Shown here in pieces: positions 1 to 12,300 of a stretch of 64,000 nucleotides of DNA. The stretch spans positions 4,402,001 to 4,466,000 of the forward strand of contig OZ024759.1 in the NCBI GenBank assembly GCA_964016885.1. The letters run 5' to 3'. Each line of letters opens with the position of its first letter. The first letter of the stretch is position 1. This stretch comes from Eledone cirrhosa (Eukaryota). A model generated the notes under the pieces. It saw nothing but the letters and a program-made list of their open reading frames with translations. It did no database searches and had not been told where the DNA came from. Both the position numbers and the translations under genes were made by a program.

Positions 1-625
1 GTGTTGTGTGGGTTCTGTATGTGCATGGGGTTTTTTGTTTTGTGTACCTGCTTGTATTTGCATACCCATGGCGGGTGTTTTTGCATATGCATGTGTATGT
101 ACGTATTTGGATGCGTGCATGTATATATTTAATTTTTGTTGATTCCTCTAATTTATTTACATTATTCTTAACTCTGAAACCGAGAATCATTCGGTTTCCT
201 AAATAAAATTTTAGTCTACGACTTCAGTTATACCATTTACGTGGTTTTTTCTTTGCGTGCAATTGTTCTCAGTGCTCCTCATAATGACGTATTATCTTCG
301 TTTTTTCCGTTCATTGCCAGAGAACGTCTCCACGAACCACCTAATAGAATATTAGTCTACGACTTCATTTATACCATAAACATGGTTTTGTCTGTGCATG
401 TAATTTTTCTCACCACTCCAAATAATGACGTATTATCTTCGTTTTTTCTGTTCTTTGCCAGGGAACGTTTCCATGAACCAAAGTATCGTCTTCCTGTCTT
501 CTTTCAGTTGCAACGTTTTTCGAAATATTTACTTCTGCGTTCACAGATTGATTTTTTTAGTTTCAGAAGATCCTGTTAGGGGTGAAAGCAGCGATTCTTT
601 GCTTAAACTTTAATCTGTTATTTTA

Positions 626-672
<47 letters not shown>

Positions 673-674
<2 letters not shown>

Positions 675-788
675 AGTTGAAATAAAATGAAAACGAAATT
701 TCATTTCTCACTCTTAGTACGGCACTTACTTAAATGTAAGTATGTGTGTATACGTACATACATATATGTATACAGACGTACAGTAGCA

Positions 789-854
<66 letters not shown>

Positions 855-1101
855 TATACATGCACGTATCAGTTTAGCGGACGCTTATTATAACGCCGCT
901 TTGTTCATTTGTAAACAAACTGAACAGCCTGAATTTTATCCCGTATGGTGTTAAGGCAACCACGTCACCTTTTTGTTCAACACTGCCTTAACACCATACG
1001 GCATAAAATTCAGGCTGTTCAGTTTGTTTACAAATGAACAAAGCGGCGTTATAATAAGCGTCCGCTAAACTGATACGTGCATATATGTATGTGTACCTGT
1101 A

Positions 1102-1140
<39 letters not shown>

Positions 1141-1197
1141 GCATGCTACTGTACGTCGGTATACATATATGTATGTACGTATACACACATACTTACA
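673..1197. mobile_element. Penelope-like non-autonomous repeat (family 1), fold-back copy
   Basis: 673-985 matches 43578-43872, which carries a hammerhead motif. 984-1197 is the reverse complement of ~727-958, giving a long inverted repeat with a ~25 nt spacer. Confidence 0.65.
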
Positions 1198-1269
1198 TAT
1201 ATATATATATATTTATATATATAATAGTATAACACTAGTTATATCCGTAGTAGTAGAACACTCAGTCCA

Positions 1270-1965
1270 TCAGCTCGGTTTAAATGAGATTATACGAAAA
1301 GGGAAACATCATTATCATCATTGTCGTTTAACGTCTATCTTCCACGCGAGCATGGGTTTACAATTATAAACAATTATACAAGTACACATACACAGAAGAA
1401 GTTCTTTTCAAAGGGGAAGCAACTCACACTGTAATTTACGAAGCCTTAGTCACTTCTAACCGACCAAATCAATAACAAGAGGTTAAATCCTATGTAGGTA
1501 TGGCGGAGGGCCAGTTTAAAGAATGCTTCCTGAATCAACTGTCGACATTCAGACACCTGGACAAACGATCGTCCACGAAGCTCACAAGTCACATGTGGTC
1601 TCTCAAGACGCAGGCGTGGATTACTCCATTCAATGGAAAGTTATTACTGAGTCTATACGGAAATGGGATTCGTCTTGTGGGCTGTGCATTGAAGAAAGAA
1701 TCAATATCCTGAGTAGTTACGTAATAGTGCTTGTCTAAATTCAAGAATTTAAAAGCTCCAAACTGACTACTGGATGTAACTTCTAGACCGAATACCATAA
1801 ATAACTTATTGTATTCTGAGCTTTCGCTGTTGCCTCTAATGTGAGTTGCCTTCCCTTTGAGAAGAACTTCTGCACATGTGTATTTGTATAATTGTCTCCC
1901 TTTCCATATAATCTCATTTGAACTGAGCTAATGATCCAACTTAGGTGAAACAAATTGTTTTCGGA
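1270..1965 (+). mobile_element. Degenerate Penelope-like element: GIY-YIG endonuclease remnant flanked by inverted terminal segments
   Basis: Frameshifted translation VIYEALVTS..KSYVGMAEGQFKE..STKLTSHMWSLK..DYSIQWKVI..CGLCIEE resembles the C-terminal GIY-YIG domain of PLEs. 1270-1430 is inverted relative to 1840-1930. A degenerate hammerhead lies at 1922-1964. Confidence 0.7.
1922..1964 (+). ncRNA. Degenerate type-I hammerhead ribozyme (family 3)
   Basis: ctgag-CTAATGA-tccaacttaggt-GAAA-caaattg-TT-ttcgg. The core has G>A (CTAATGA instead of CTGATGA). The inverted partial copy near 1268-1290 reads ccgagCTGATGg on the minus strand. Confidence 0.5.
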
Positions 1966-2009
1966 AATGGTGAATTAACTGTTGTCGAACTACTTATATA
2001 TATAAATAT

Positions 2010-2340
2010 GGAGGCACATGGCTTAGTGGTTAGAGCATTGGCCTTGCAATCGAAAGGTTGTGAGTTCAATTCTCAGACTGGGTGATGTGTTGTTTCCTTG
2101 AGCAAGACAATTTATTTCACATTGCTCCAGTTTACTCAGCTGTAGAAATGAGATGATAGGGACTGGGGTCCATATCATTCCACTGCAAAGTGGTCGTGGA
2201 GGTGCCACGGCAAAAAAGCACCCAGCACTCACTGTAAATGGGGTTGGTGTTAGGAAGGGCATCCAGCTGTAGAAATCAAGCCAGAATCAGTTCCCATCCC
2301 ACCCTTGCAAACAGGGAAAAAGCGGACATAAAATGGAAAT
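2010..2340 (+). mobile_element. tRNA-derived SINE (family A) with RTE-like 3' tail
   Basis: A-box-like TGGCTTAGTGG and B-box-like GAGTTCAATTC. The 3' part (gttggtgttaggaagggcatccagctgtagaaa) is shared with the RTE 3'UTR at ~41370. Similar copies lie at 41783-42003 and 43143-43470. Confidence 0.85.
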
Positions 2341-2719
2341 ATATATATATGTATAGATAAATAAATATTTGCTCTAGGGTTCTTATATATTTGATATATA
2401 TTTATCCTTATCGAGCCCTCTTTGGATTTTAGTCTTCACATTTATTATTATTACTATATATATACAGTATATATATGATAGACAGAGAGAGAGATTATAA
2501 TATAGAGATTTTATAGTTGTAGACAAACTACATATAGACTCACAGACACACATAGACACTCACATACGCATGCATGTGTACAAAGAAATATATATTTCTT
2601 TGTAATCTTGCTCATGGAAGTCAGTGACAGGCATGTACATCATTGGATGTACATGCCTGTCACTTTATGAGACCCATAAACTCTACGACAAATATTACAT
2701 ATGTGTTGTGCTGGTGTGT

Positions 2720-3030
2720 TACGTAGAGCTATGGTGCAGCTACACTTAGAATTTGCATCACCAGTCTGACACTCCTGTCTTGCTCAGAATATTGACCTCC
2801 TGGAGACTGTTCAAAAACATGCAACCAAGCGAATACCCTCCATCAGTCATCTACAATACTCTGAACCCCTGGCATGGATACATTGAAGCTCCGACATCTG
2901 GCAACTGACTTGGTAAACATCCACAAAATTATTAACCATCTTACCAACAACAACCCCGAGCACCTTTTTGAATTCCATGTGTCTAACACACGTGGACATG
3001 CTAACAAAGTCAGAAAACAGCACAGTTGCT
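2720..3030 (+). mobile_element. Decayed CR1/L2-type LINE 3' ORF2 fragment
   Basis: Translates to AMVQLHLEFASPV*HSCLAQNIDLLETVQKHATKRIPSISHLQYSE, resembling the LVRPHLEYASPVW..IDLLEKVQRRATK region C-terminal to CR1-type RT. Confidence 0.7.
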
Positions 3031-3449
3031 AGGTCATGTGTAGCTAGGTCAGGTCAGGTTTCTGCTTGCTACTGGTACCTTATAACTCAGTACAACCTGC
3101 TTCATGGTAGAGTAGGCGGTGACTAAAACAGTTCCCCTACCAAACCAGGGTCTAGTGGGGGAGCTGGTTTAGGGGAACCCCAGCAGCACAAAATGATGAG
3201 CTGTTAAAGTTCTATCTCATAAGAGACTTTTAATGATAGAGGCCCCAGTCAAGTTGTTACAGCTCACATGTGTTAGTTTAGCTGATCCCCTACATGGTTC
3301 TATCTCAGAGGCGATTTCTCAGCTGTTTTAATGAAAAACAATATGAAAAAATGTGCCCTGGTTAAGATACATAAAATTTCATGAGAATAAATTCTTACAT
3401 TTATCGTCATTATATGTTCATTTTTTTAAATGTTTGCAGGGATTGAATG

Positions 3450-3830
3450 GATCTTATCTAGCAGAGTTTCCCTCCACAGTTCCTTAGTGATCTCTGTGAG
3501 GTTCACTCCATCTCATCTGCCCAAGTCTTCCTCTACTTCTTTCCATCGAGATCTCTTGGCACTTCTTCACCCAACAATCATCATCCATATGCATCACATG
3601 TCCATACCAGCAGAGAACACTACATCTGAATCCTCATATCTAATTATTATTTCAGCTCATCTGAGCTTTGACTTCCATGCACATTAACATCACACATCCA
3701 TTAGAACATGTTTGACTCATTTCTCTTCAGACATTGCATATCTTCTCTATTTACTGCCCATGTCTCATTACATGCAGCACCATACTTTGTATTTAGCCAG
3801 AATACAGCCTACCGACCATACAACATTATA
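3450..3830 (-). mobile_element. Highly decayed RTE LINE 3' fragment
   Basis: The reverse complement contains WYGHVM-type remnants (catcacatgtccatacca on +), shared with the RTE pieces at 40.9 kb and 63.4 kb. Confidence 0.55.
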
Positions 3831-3874
3831 CAGCCATCATTCACTGACAATTCTCCATGGTTATAAAGGCCCCC

Positions 3875-4163
3875 ATCAGTCTCTAATGATCATGGTTTTG
3901 TACCTAGAAAGTTTCCCTCCAAGGAATAAGCCTGGGCAAGGTTTGTTTGTGGAAGACCAGCAGTCACCCATGCATACCAGCCTCCCTTCTCCATGCCACC
4001 GATGATGTCCAAGGCAAAGGCAATGGTTGAGACAGCTTGGCACCAGTGACGTCGCAACTCATTTACAGCTGAGTAAACTGGAGCAATGTGAAATAAACTC
4101 AGTCTGAGAATTGAACTCACAATCTCTCAATTGCAAGCCCAACACTCTAAGCACTAAGCCGTG
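3875..4163 (-). mobile_element. tRNA-derived SINE
   Basis: Reverse-complement tRNA head (gcttagtg..gagttcaattctcag). The body matches 52940-53220. Confidence 0.7.
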
Positions 4164-4283
4164 GTTATACAACATCAGATTTCATATGTAGGTAACATAC
4201 AACCTCTCTTTCCTATGTAGAGAGAAACCATTCATTGTCAAGAGAGAAGCTCCCAGGACATATATACATTAAGCTATACTTAC

Positions 4284-4509
4284 ATGTGTAAGTACATTGA
4301 CATTGCTCCAAATCTCCTTGCCGATATTATGTCTCATCATTATCTCTATAGCAGTTCCATTAGGAATCAATATGGTGTAATCACATTTCTGGAAGCCACA
4401 CTGTGCATAATCTTTGGGCAGATAAGCCTGGCTATTGTGGCTGTTTGAAGTTTTATCATCAGTCAGTTCATGTTGTAGTCCAGTTACACGTAAAGCAGAA
4501 AATGGTTGC
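4284..4509 (-). CDS. Internal exon of a fasciclin (FAS1)-domain protein
   Basis: Acceptor tttgttag and donor gtaagt. Its phase-2 start joins the 5850 exon in frame (at+g = Met). Encodes QPFSALRVTGLQHELTDD..CDYTILIPNGTAIE.., including a FAS1 H1-like TILIPN motif. Confidence 0.8.
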
Positions 4510-4519
4510 CTAACAAATA

Positions 4520-4700
4520 ATAATAATGGTTTCTGATTTAAGCACAAGGCCAACAATTTGGGGGAATGGGAAAGTTCATTAAATTTACACCATAAGGATG
4601 AAAGGCAAAGCTAATCTCGGTGGGATTTGAGCTCAGAACGTAACTATGCCGCTAAGCATGTTATCCGACACTCTACCGATTCTGCCAATCCACTGCCCTG
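4520..4700 (-). mobile_element. SINE family B
   Basis: Reverse complement of gggcagtggattggcagaatcggtagagtgtcg..; ends in (att)n. Homologous to 49.0-49.4, 50.6-51.0, 53.9 and 63.1 kb. Confidence 0.75.
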
Positions 4701-5354
4701 TGGTAGTAGTAATAGTAATAATAATACCTGTCCTGCACAAACAACAATATAACTCTCAAAGAAACTGAGAAATTAATCAAATATAAAGATTTGGAGACAG
4801 AAATAAGCTGAATATGGATGTTGAAAACAGAAACAATTCCCCTAGTAATAGGGAATGATTTAAAAAACAATACAGATACATAAGTAAAGTCCCATGACAA
4901 ATATATATAACATGCTGAAAATAACACTACTAGATACTATAAACATATTACAATTTGTGAGGATATAAAAATGATATATTTTCCTTATTTCACACGAGAA
5001 TACTCTTTGTTCTAAAGCTAGTCTTGTTAACCACTCATGGCTACATGAACTAAGGTAAGTTAATAACAGCTCATTCAAGGACCATATGTTGGCTCATGTA
5101 GCATACATTTATCTTGATTCTCAATTGCATTTAACTGAGAAGCGACATCTATGTCGTGGTAAACCTGTTGATGGTCTGAAGAGACACGTGACTGAAGACA
5201 ATATTGTCTTTATTATGCATTGCTTTTAAAGCTAAAAATCATCAGATGTCAAAAATATTAGAGACAAAAAATGATGTCAACAACTACAACAATAAGAAAA
5301 TGAGGGAGATATGACAAAACAAGTAAAAGAAAACATTAGATTGATTAATATTTC

Positions 5355-5690
5355 AGAGTTGTACTTGTCTAGCAGATGTCTTGATCTGAGACTGTGTTGT
5401 AAATGTCTGGCAGATGACTTGATCTGAGACTGTTGTACATGTCTGGCAGTTGACTTGATCTGAGACTGTGTTGTACATGTCTGGCAGATGACTTGATTCT
5501 GAGACTGTGTTGTACATGTATACCAGATGATTGATCTGAGACTATGTTGTACATGTCTGACATATGACTTGATCTGAGACTGTGTTGTACATGTCTGACA
5601 AGTGACTTGATCTGAGTGTGTTGTACATGTCTGGCAGGTGAGTTGATCCGAGACTGTGTTGGTGTGTATATGTCTGGCAGGTGACCATGT
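5355..5690. repeat. Minisatellite, ~38-40 bp unit (gatgacttgatctgagactgtgttgtacatgtctggca), ~8 copies
   Basis: Direct tandem repetition visible; lies in the intron between the FAS1 exons. Confidence 0.9.
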
Positions 5691-5849
5691 CATTGATAGA
5701 GCCTCACTATCAGTGACTGTGTCAGTGACACGGTCATAAAATATGCAATGAAAATTTTGACACTAAGAAATGTAAAAATAAATGTAAAAATAAATGACTA
5801 ATTTTAACTAATTAGTCAAAAATAAATGAAAAAAAAAAAAAAATTTTAC

Positions 5850-6000
5850 ATTTGAAGCCAAGGGTGATTATAGATGAGACTGGGTATATCCAAATCAGGA
5901 ATGCCAAATACTTTATCAATCTTTTGAATGAGGCCGTTAGTACAACCAATGTCTGCAGTAATTAGTTTAGCTTGGACACCGGCACCATCAACATAACGAT
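5850..6000 (-). CDS. Internal exon of a fasciclin (FAS1)-domain protein
   Basis: Acceptor ttctgtctccacag and donor gtaaaa. Encodes [34 protein letters not shown], matching the FAS1 H2 motif (DI.atNGvIh.IDkV). Confidence 0.85.
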
Positions 6001-6319
6001 CTGTGGAGACAGAAATTATAAAACAACAATGTCTTAGCAATGATTTAACACGTGTGTATGTGTACGAATGTGTGAGTGTGTGTGCATATGAGTGTCTATA
6101 TGTATATGTGCGCATGTGTACATGTGTTTATGTGTGTCAACAAGAATATGTATCTGTGTGCATATGTATATTTGTGTGTGTGTGTGTGTGCGTATGTGTC
6201 TATGTGTGTTGTGTGTCTATGTGTGTGTGTCTATGTGTCTACGTTTATGTGTCTCCATGTATATGTGTATGTGTGAGTATGTATGTGTGTCTAAGTATAT
6301 ATGTGTCTGTGAGTGAGCG

Positions 6320-9300
6320 TGTCTACAGAGCCTGTGTGGCTACAATGTCTGTGTGTCTACAGAGCCTGTGTGGCTACAATGTCTGTGTGTCTACAGTGTC
6401 TGTGTGGCTACAGTGTCTGTGTCTACAGTGACTGTGTGTCTACAATGTCTGTGTGTCTACAATGCCTGTGTGTCTACAATGTCTGTGTGTCTACAGTGCC
6501 TGTGTCTACATTGTCTGTGTCTACAATGTCTGTGTGTCTACAGTGTCTGTGTGTCTACAATGCCTGTGTGTCTACAGTGTCTGTGTCTCTACAGTGTCTG
6601 TGTATCTACAATGTCTGTGTGTCTACAGTGTCTGTGTGTCTACAGTGTCTGTGTCTACAGTGTCTGTGTGTCTACAGTGTCTGTGTCTACAGTGTCTGTG
6701 TGTCTACAGTGTCTGTGTGTCTACAATGTCTGTGTGTCTACAGTGTCTGTGTGTCTACAGTGCCTGTGTCTACAGTGTCTGTGTTTCTATAGTGACTGTG
6801 TCTACAGTGTCTGTGTGTCTACAGTGTCTACAATGTCTGTGTGTCTACAATGTCTGTGTCTACAGTGTCTGTGTCTACAGTGTCTGTGTCTACAGTGTCT
6901 GTGTGTCTACAGTGTCTGTGTCTACAGTGTCTGTGTGTCTACAATGTCTGTGTGTCTACAGTGTCTGTGTGTCTACAATGTCTGTGTGTCTACAGTGTCT
7001 GTGTCTACAGTGTCTGTGTGTCTACAGTGTCTGTGTGTCTACAGTGTCTGTGTCTACAGTGTCTGTGTGTCTACAGTGTCTGTGTGTCTACAGTGTCTGT
7101 GTGTCTACAGTGACTGTGTGTCTACAGTGTCTGTGTGTCTACAATGTGTGTCTACAGTGTCTACAATGTCTGTGTGTCTACAATGTCTGTGTCTACAGTG
7201 TCTGTGCCTACAGTGTCTGTGTCTACAGTGTCTGTGTCTACAGTGTCTGTGTGTCTACAATGTCTGTGTGTCTACAGTGTCTGTGTCTACAGTGTCTGTG
7301 TGTCTACAGTGTCTGTGTGTCTACAGTGACTGTGTGTCTACAATGTCTGTGTGTCTACAATGTCTGTGTCTACAGTGTATGTGTGTCTACAGTGTCTGTG
7401 TGCCTACAATGTCTGTGTGTCTACAATGCCTGTGTCACTACATTGTCTGTCTCTACATTGTCTGTGTCTACAGTGTCTGTGTGTCTACAATGTCTGTGTG
7501 TCTACAGTGTCTGTGTGTCTACAGTGTCTGTGTGTCTACAATGTCTGTGTCTCTACAGTGTCTGTGTCTACAGTGTCTGTGTGTCTACAATGTCTGTGTG
7601 TTTACAATGTCTGTGTCTACAGTGTCTGTGTGTCTACAGTGTCTGTGTGTCTACAATGTCTGTGTGTCTGTGTGTCTACAATGTCTGTGTGTCTACAGTG
7701 TCTGTATCTACAGCGTCTGTATCTACAGTGTCTGTCTCTCTACAGTGCCTGTGTCTACAATGTCTGTGTGTCTACAGTGTCTGTGTGTCTACAGTGTCTG
7801 TGTCTACAGTGTCTGTGTGTCTACAGTGTCTGTGTGTCTACAATGTCTGTGTGTCTACAGTGTCTGTGTGTCTACAGTGTCTGTGTGTCTACAGTGTCTG
7901 TGTGTCTACAGTGTATGTGTCTACAGTGACTGTGTGTCTACAGTGTCTGTGTGTCTACAATGTTTGTGTGTCTACAGTGTCTCTGTGTCTACAATGCCTG
8001 TCTACAGTGCCTGTGTCTACAGTGCCTGTGTCTACAATGTCTGTGTGTCTACAGTGTCTGTGTGTCTACAGTGTCTGTGTGTCTACAGTGTCTGTGTGTC
8101 TACAGTGTCTGTGTTTCTACAGTGTCTGTGTGTCTACAGTGACTGTATATACAGTGTCTGTGTGTCTACAGTGTCTGTGTGTCTGTGTGTCTACAACGCC
8201 TGTGTCTACAGTGTCTGTGTGTCTACAATATCTGTGTCTACAGTGTCTGTGTGTCTAAAATGTCTGTGTCTACAGTGACTGTGTGTCTACAGTGTGTGTG
8301 TGTCTACAATGTCTGTGTGTCTACAGTGTTTGTGTGTCTACAGTGTCTCTGTGTCTACAATGCCTGTGTCTACAGTGCCTGTGTCTACAATGTCTGTGTC
8401 TACAATGTCTGTGTGTCTACAGTGTCTGTGTGTCTACAGTGTCTATGTCTAGTGTCTGTGTGTCTACAGTGTCTGTGTCTACAGTGTCTGTGTGTTTACA
8501 GTGTCTGTGTGTCTACAATGTCTGTGTGTCTACAATGTCTGTGTGTCTACAATGTCTGTGTGTCTACAGTGTCTGTGTGTCTACAGTGTCTGTGTGTCTA
8601 CAGTGACTGTATATACAGTGTCTGTGTGTCTACAGTGTCTGTGTGTCTACAGTGTCTGTGTGTCTACAATGCCTGTGTCTACAGTGTATGTGTGTCTACA
8701 GTGTCTGTGTCTACTGTGTCTACAGTGTCTGTGTCTACAGTGTCTGAGTCTACAATGTCTGTGTGTCTACAGTGTCTGTGTGTGTACAGTGTCTGTGTCT
8801 ACAGTGTCTGTGTCTACAGTGTCTGAGTCTACAATGTCTGTGTGTCTACAATGCCTGTGTCTACAGTGTCTGTGTGTCTGTGTCTACAGTGTCTGTGACT
8901 ACAAAGCCTGTGTCTACAGTGTCTGTGTGTCTACAGTGTCTGTGTCTGCAGTGTCTGAGTCTACAATGTCTGTGTGTCTACAGTGTCTGTGTCTACAGTG
9001 TCTGTGTGTCTACAGTGTCTGTGTGTCTACAATGTCTGTGTGTCTACAGTGTCTGTGTGTCTACAGTGTCGGTGTGTCTACAGTGTCTGTGTGTCTACAG
9101 TGTATGTGTCTACAGTGACTGTGTGTCTACAGTGTCTGTGTGTCTACAATGTTTGTGTGTCTACAGTGTCTCTGTGTCTACAATGCCTGTGTCTACAGTG
9201 CCTGTGTCAACAGTGCCTGTGTCTACAATGTCTGTGTGTCTACAGTGTCTGTGTGTCTACAGTGTCTGTGTGTCTACAGTGTCTGTGTGTCTACAGTGTC

Positions 9301-12300
9301 TGTGTTTCTACAGTGTCTGTGTGTCTACAGTGACTGTATATACAGTGTCTGTGTGTCTACAGTGTCTGTGTGTCTACAGTGTCTACAGTGTCTGTGTGTC
9401 TACAATATCTGTGTCTACAGTGTCTGTGTGTCTAAAATGTCTGTGTCTACAGTGACTGTGTGTCTACAGTGTCTGTGTGTCTACAGTGTCTGTGTGTCTA
9501 CAGTGTCTCTGTGTCTACAATGCCTGTGTCTACAGTGCCTGTGTCTACAATGTCTGTGTGTCTACAGTGTCTGTGTGTCTACAGTGTCTATGTCTACAGT
9601 GTCTGTGTGTCTACAGTGTCTGTGTCTACAGTGTCTGTGTGTCTACAGTGTCTGTGTGTCTACAGTGTCTATGTCTACAGTGTCTGTGTGTCTACAGTGT
9701 CTATGTCTACAGTGTCTGTGTGTCTACAGTGACTGTATATACAGTGTCTGTGTGTCTACAGTGTCTGTTTGTCTACAATGCCTGTGTCTACAGTGTATGT
9801 GTGTCTACAGTGTCTGTGTCTACTGTGTCTACAGTGTCTGAGTCTACAATGTCTGTGTGTCTACAGTGTCTGTGTGTGTACAGTGTCTGTGTCTACAGTG
9901 TCTGAGTCTACAATGCCTGTGTGTCTACAATGCCTGTGACTACAGTGTCCGTGTGTCTGTGTCTACAGTGTCTGTGTCTACAATACCTGTGTCTAGAGTG
10001 TCTGTGTGTCTACAGTGTCTGAGTCTACAATGTCTGTGTGTCTACAATGCCTGTGTCTACAGTGTCCGTGTGTCTGTGTCTACAGTGTCTGTGACTACAA
10101 AGCCTGTGTCTACAGTGTCTGTGTGTCTACAGTGTCTGTGTCTACAGTGTCTGAGTCTACAATGTCTGTGTGTCTACAGTGTCTGTGTCTACAGTGTCTG
10201 TGTGTCTACAGTGTCTGTGTGTCTACAATGTCTGTGTGTCTACAGTGTCTGTGTGTCTACAGTGTCTGTGTGTCTACAGTGTATGTGTCTACAGTGACTG
10301 TGTGTCTACAGTGTCTGTGTGTCTACAATGTTTGTGTGTCTACAGTGTCTCTGTGTCTACAATGCCTGTGTCTACAGTGCCTGTGTCAACAGTGCCTGTG
10401 TCTACAATGTCTGTGTGTCTACAGTGTCTGTGTGTCTACAGTGTCTGTGTGTCTACAGTGTCTGTGTCTACAGTGTCTGTGTGTCTACAATGTCTTTGTG
10501 TCTACAATGTCTGTGTGTCTACAGTGTCTGTGTCTACAGTGTCTGTGTGTCTACAGTGTCTGTGTCTACAGTGTCTGTGTGTCTACAGTGTCTGTGTGTC
10601 TACAGTGTCTGTGTCTACAGTGTCTGTGTGTCTACAGTGTCTGTGTCTACAGTGTCTGTGTGTCTACAGTGTCTGTGTGTCTACAATGTCTGTGTGTCTA
10701 CAATGTCTGTGTGTCTACAATGTCTGTGTGTCTACAGTGTCTGTGTGTCTACAGTGTCTGTGTGTCTACAGTGTCTGTGTGTCTACAGTGACTGTGTATC
10801 TACAGTGTCTGTGTGTCTACAATGCCTGTGTCTCTACATTGTCTGTGTCTACAGTGTCTGTGTGTCTACAATGTCTGTGTGTCTACAGTGTCTGTGTGTC
10901 TACAGTGTCTGTGTGTCTACAATGTCTGTGTCTCTACATTGTCTGTGTCTCTACAGTGTCTGTGTCTACAGTGTCTGTGTGTCTACAATGTCTGTGTGTC
11001 TACAATGTCTGTGTGTCTACAATGTCTGTGTGTCTACAATGTCTGTGTGTCTAAAATGTCTGTGTGTCTACAGTGTCTGTGTGTCTACAGTGTCTGTGTG
11101 TCTACAGTGTCTGTGTTTCTACAGTGTCTGTGTGTCTACAGTGTCTGTGTGTGTACAGTGTCTGTGTCTACAGTGTCTGTGTCTACAGTGTCTGAGTCTA
11201 CAATGTCTGTGTGTCTACAGTGTCTGTGTGTGTACAGTGTCTGTGTCTACAGTGTCTGAGTCTACAATGTCTGTGTGTCTACAATGCCTGTGTCTACAGT
11301 GTCCGTGTGTCTGTGTCTACAGTGTCTGTGTCTACAATACCTGTGTCTACAGTGTCTGTGTGTCTACAGTCTCTGAGTCTACAATGTCTGTGTGTCTACA
11401 ATGCCTGTGTCTACAGTGTCCGTGTGTCTGTGTCTACAGTGTCTGTGAATACAATGCCTGTGTCTACAGTGTCTGTGTGTCTACAGTGTCTGTGTCTACA
11501 GTGTCTGTGTCTACAGTGTCTGAGTCTACAATGTCTGTGTGTCTACAGTGTCTGTGTCTACAATGTCTGTGTCTACAGTGTCCGTGTGTCTGTCTACAGT
11601 GTCTGTGTGTCTACAGTGTCTGTGTCTACAGTGACTGTGTGTCTACAGTGTCTGTGTGTCTACAATATGTGTCTACAGTGTCTGTGTCTACAGTGTCTGT
11701 GTGTCTACACTGTCTGTCTGTCTACAGTGTTTGTGTATCTACAGTGTCTGTGTGTCTACAATGTATGTGTGTCTACAGTGTCTGTGTGTCTACGTCTGTG
11801 TGTCTACAGTGTCTGTGTGTCTACAGTGTATGTGTCTCTACATTGTCTGTGTGTCTACAGTGTCTGGGTCTACAGTGTCTGTGTGTCTACAGTGTCTGTG
11901 TGTCTACAGTGTCTGTGTGTCTACAGTGTCTGTGTGTCTACAGTGTCTGTGTCTACAGTGTCTGTCTGTCTACAGTGTCTGTGTCTACAGTGTCTGTGTG
12001 TCTACAATGTCTGTGTGTCTACAATGTCTGTGTGTCTACAGTGTCTGTGTCTACAGTGTCTGTGTGTCTACAGTGTCTGTGTCTACAGTGTCTGTGTGTC
12101 CACAGTGTCTGTGTCTACAGTGTCTGTGTGTCTACAGTGTCTGTGTCTACAGTGTCTGTGTGTCTACAGTGTCTGTGTCTACAGTGTCTGTGTGTCTACA
12201 GTGTCTGTGTGTCTACAATGTCTGTGTGTCTACAATGTCTGTGTGTCTACAATATCTGTGTGTCTACAGTGTCTGTGTGTCTACAGTGTCTGTGTATCTA

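Noticed and set aside
209-480. ~141-bp diverged direct duplication
   Set aside because: Real, but an ordinary decayed repeat fragment with no assignable function.
560-600. Hammerhead-like CAGAAGA..GAAA motif (also reversed at ~39412-39450)
   Set aside because: Both copies have CAG rather than CTG in the core, and no convincing stem I or cleavage triplet could be paired.
2010-2090. tRNA-like sequence
   Set aside because: It is the head of a multi-copy SINE; there is no complete cloverleaf.
5105-5195. Short open minus-strand segment between the FAS1 exons
   Set aside because: The two FAS1 exons already join in phase, and this segment has incompatible phases and no motif.
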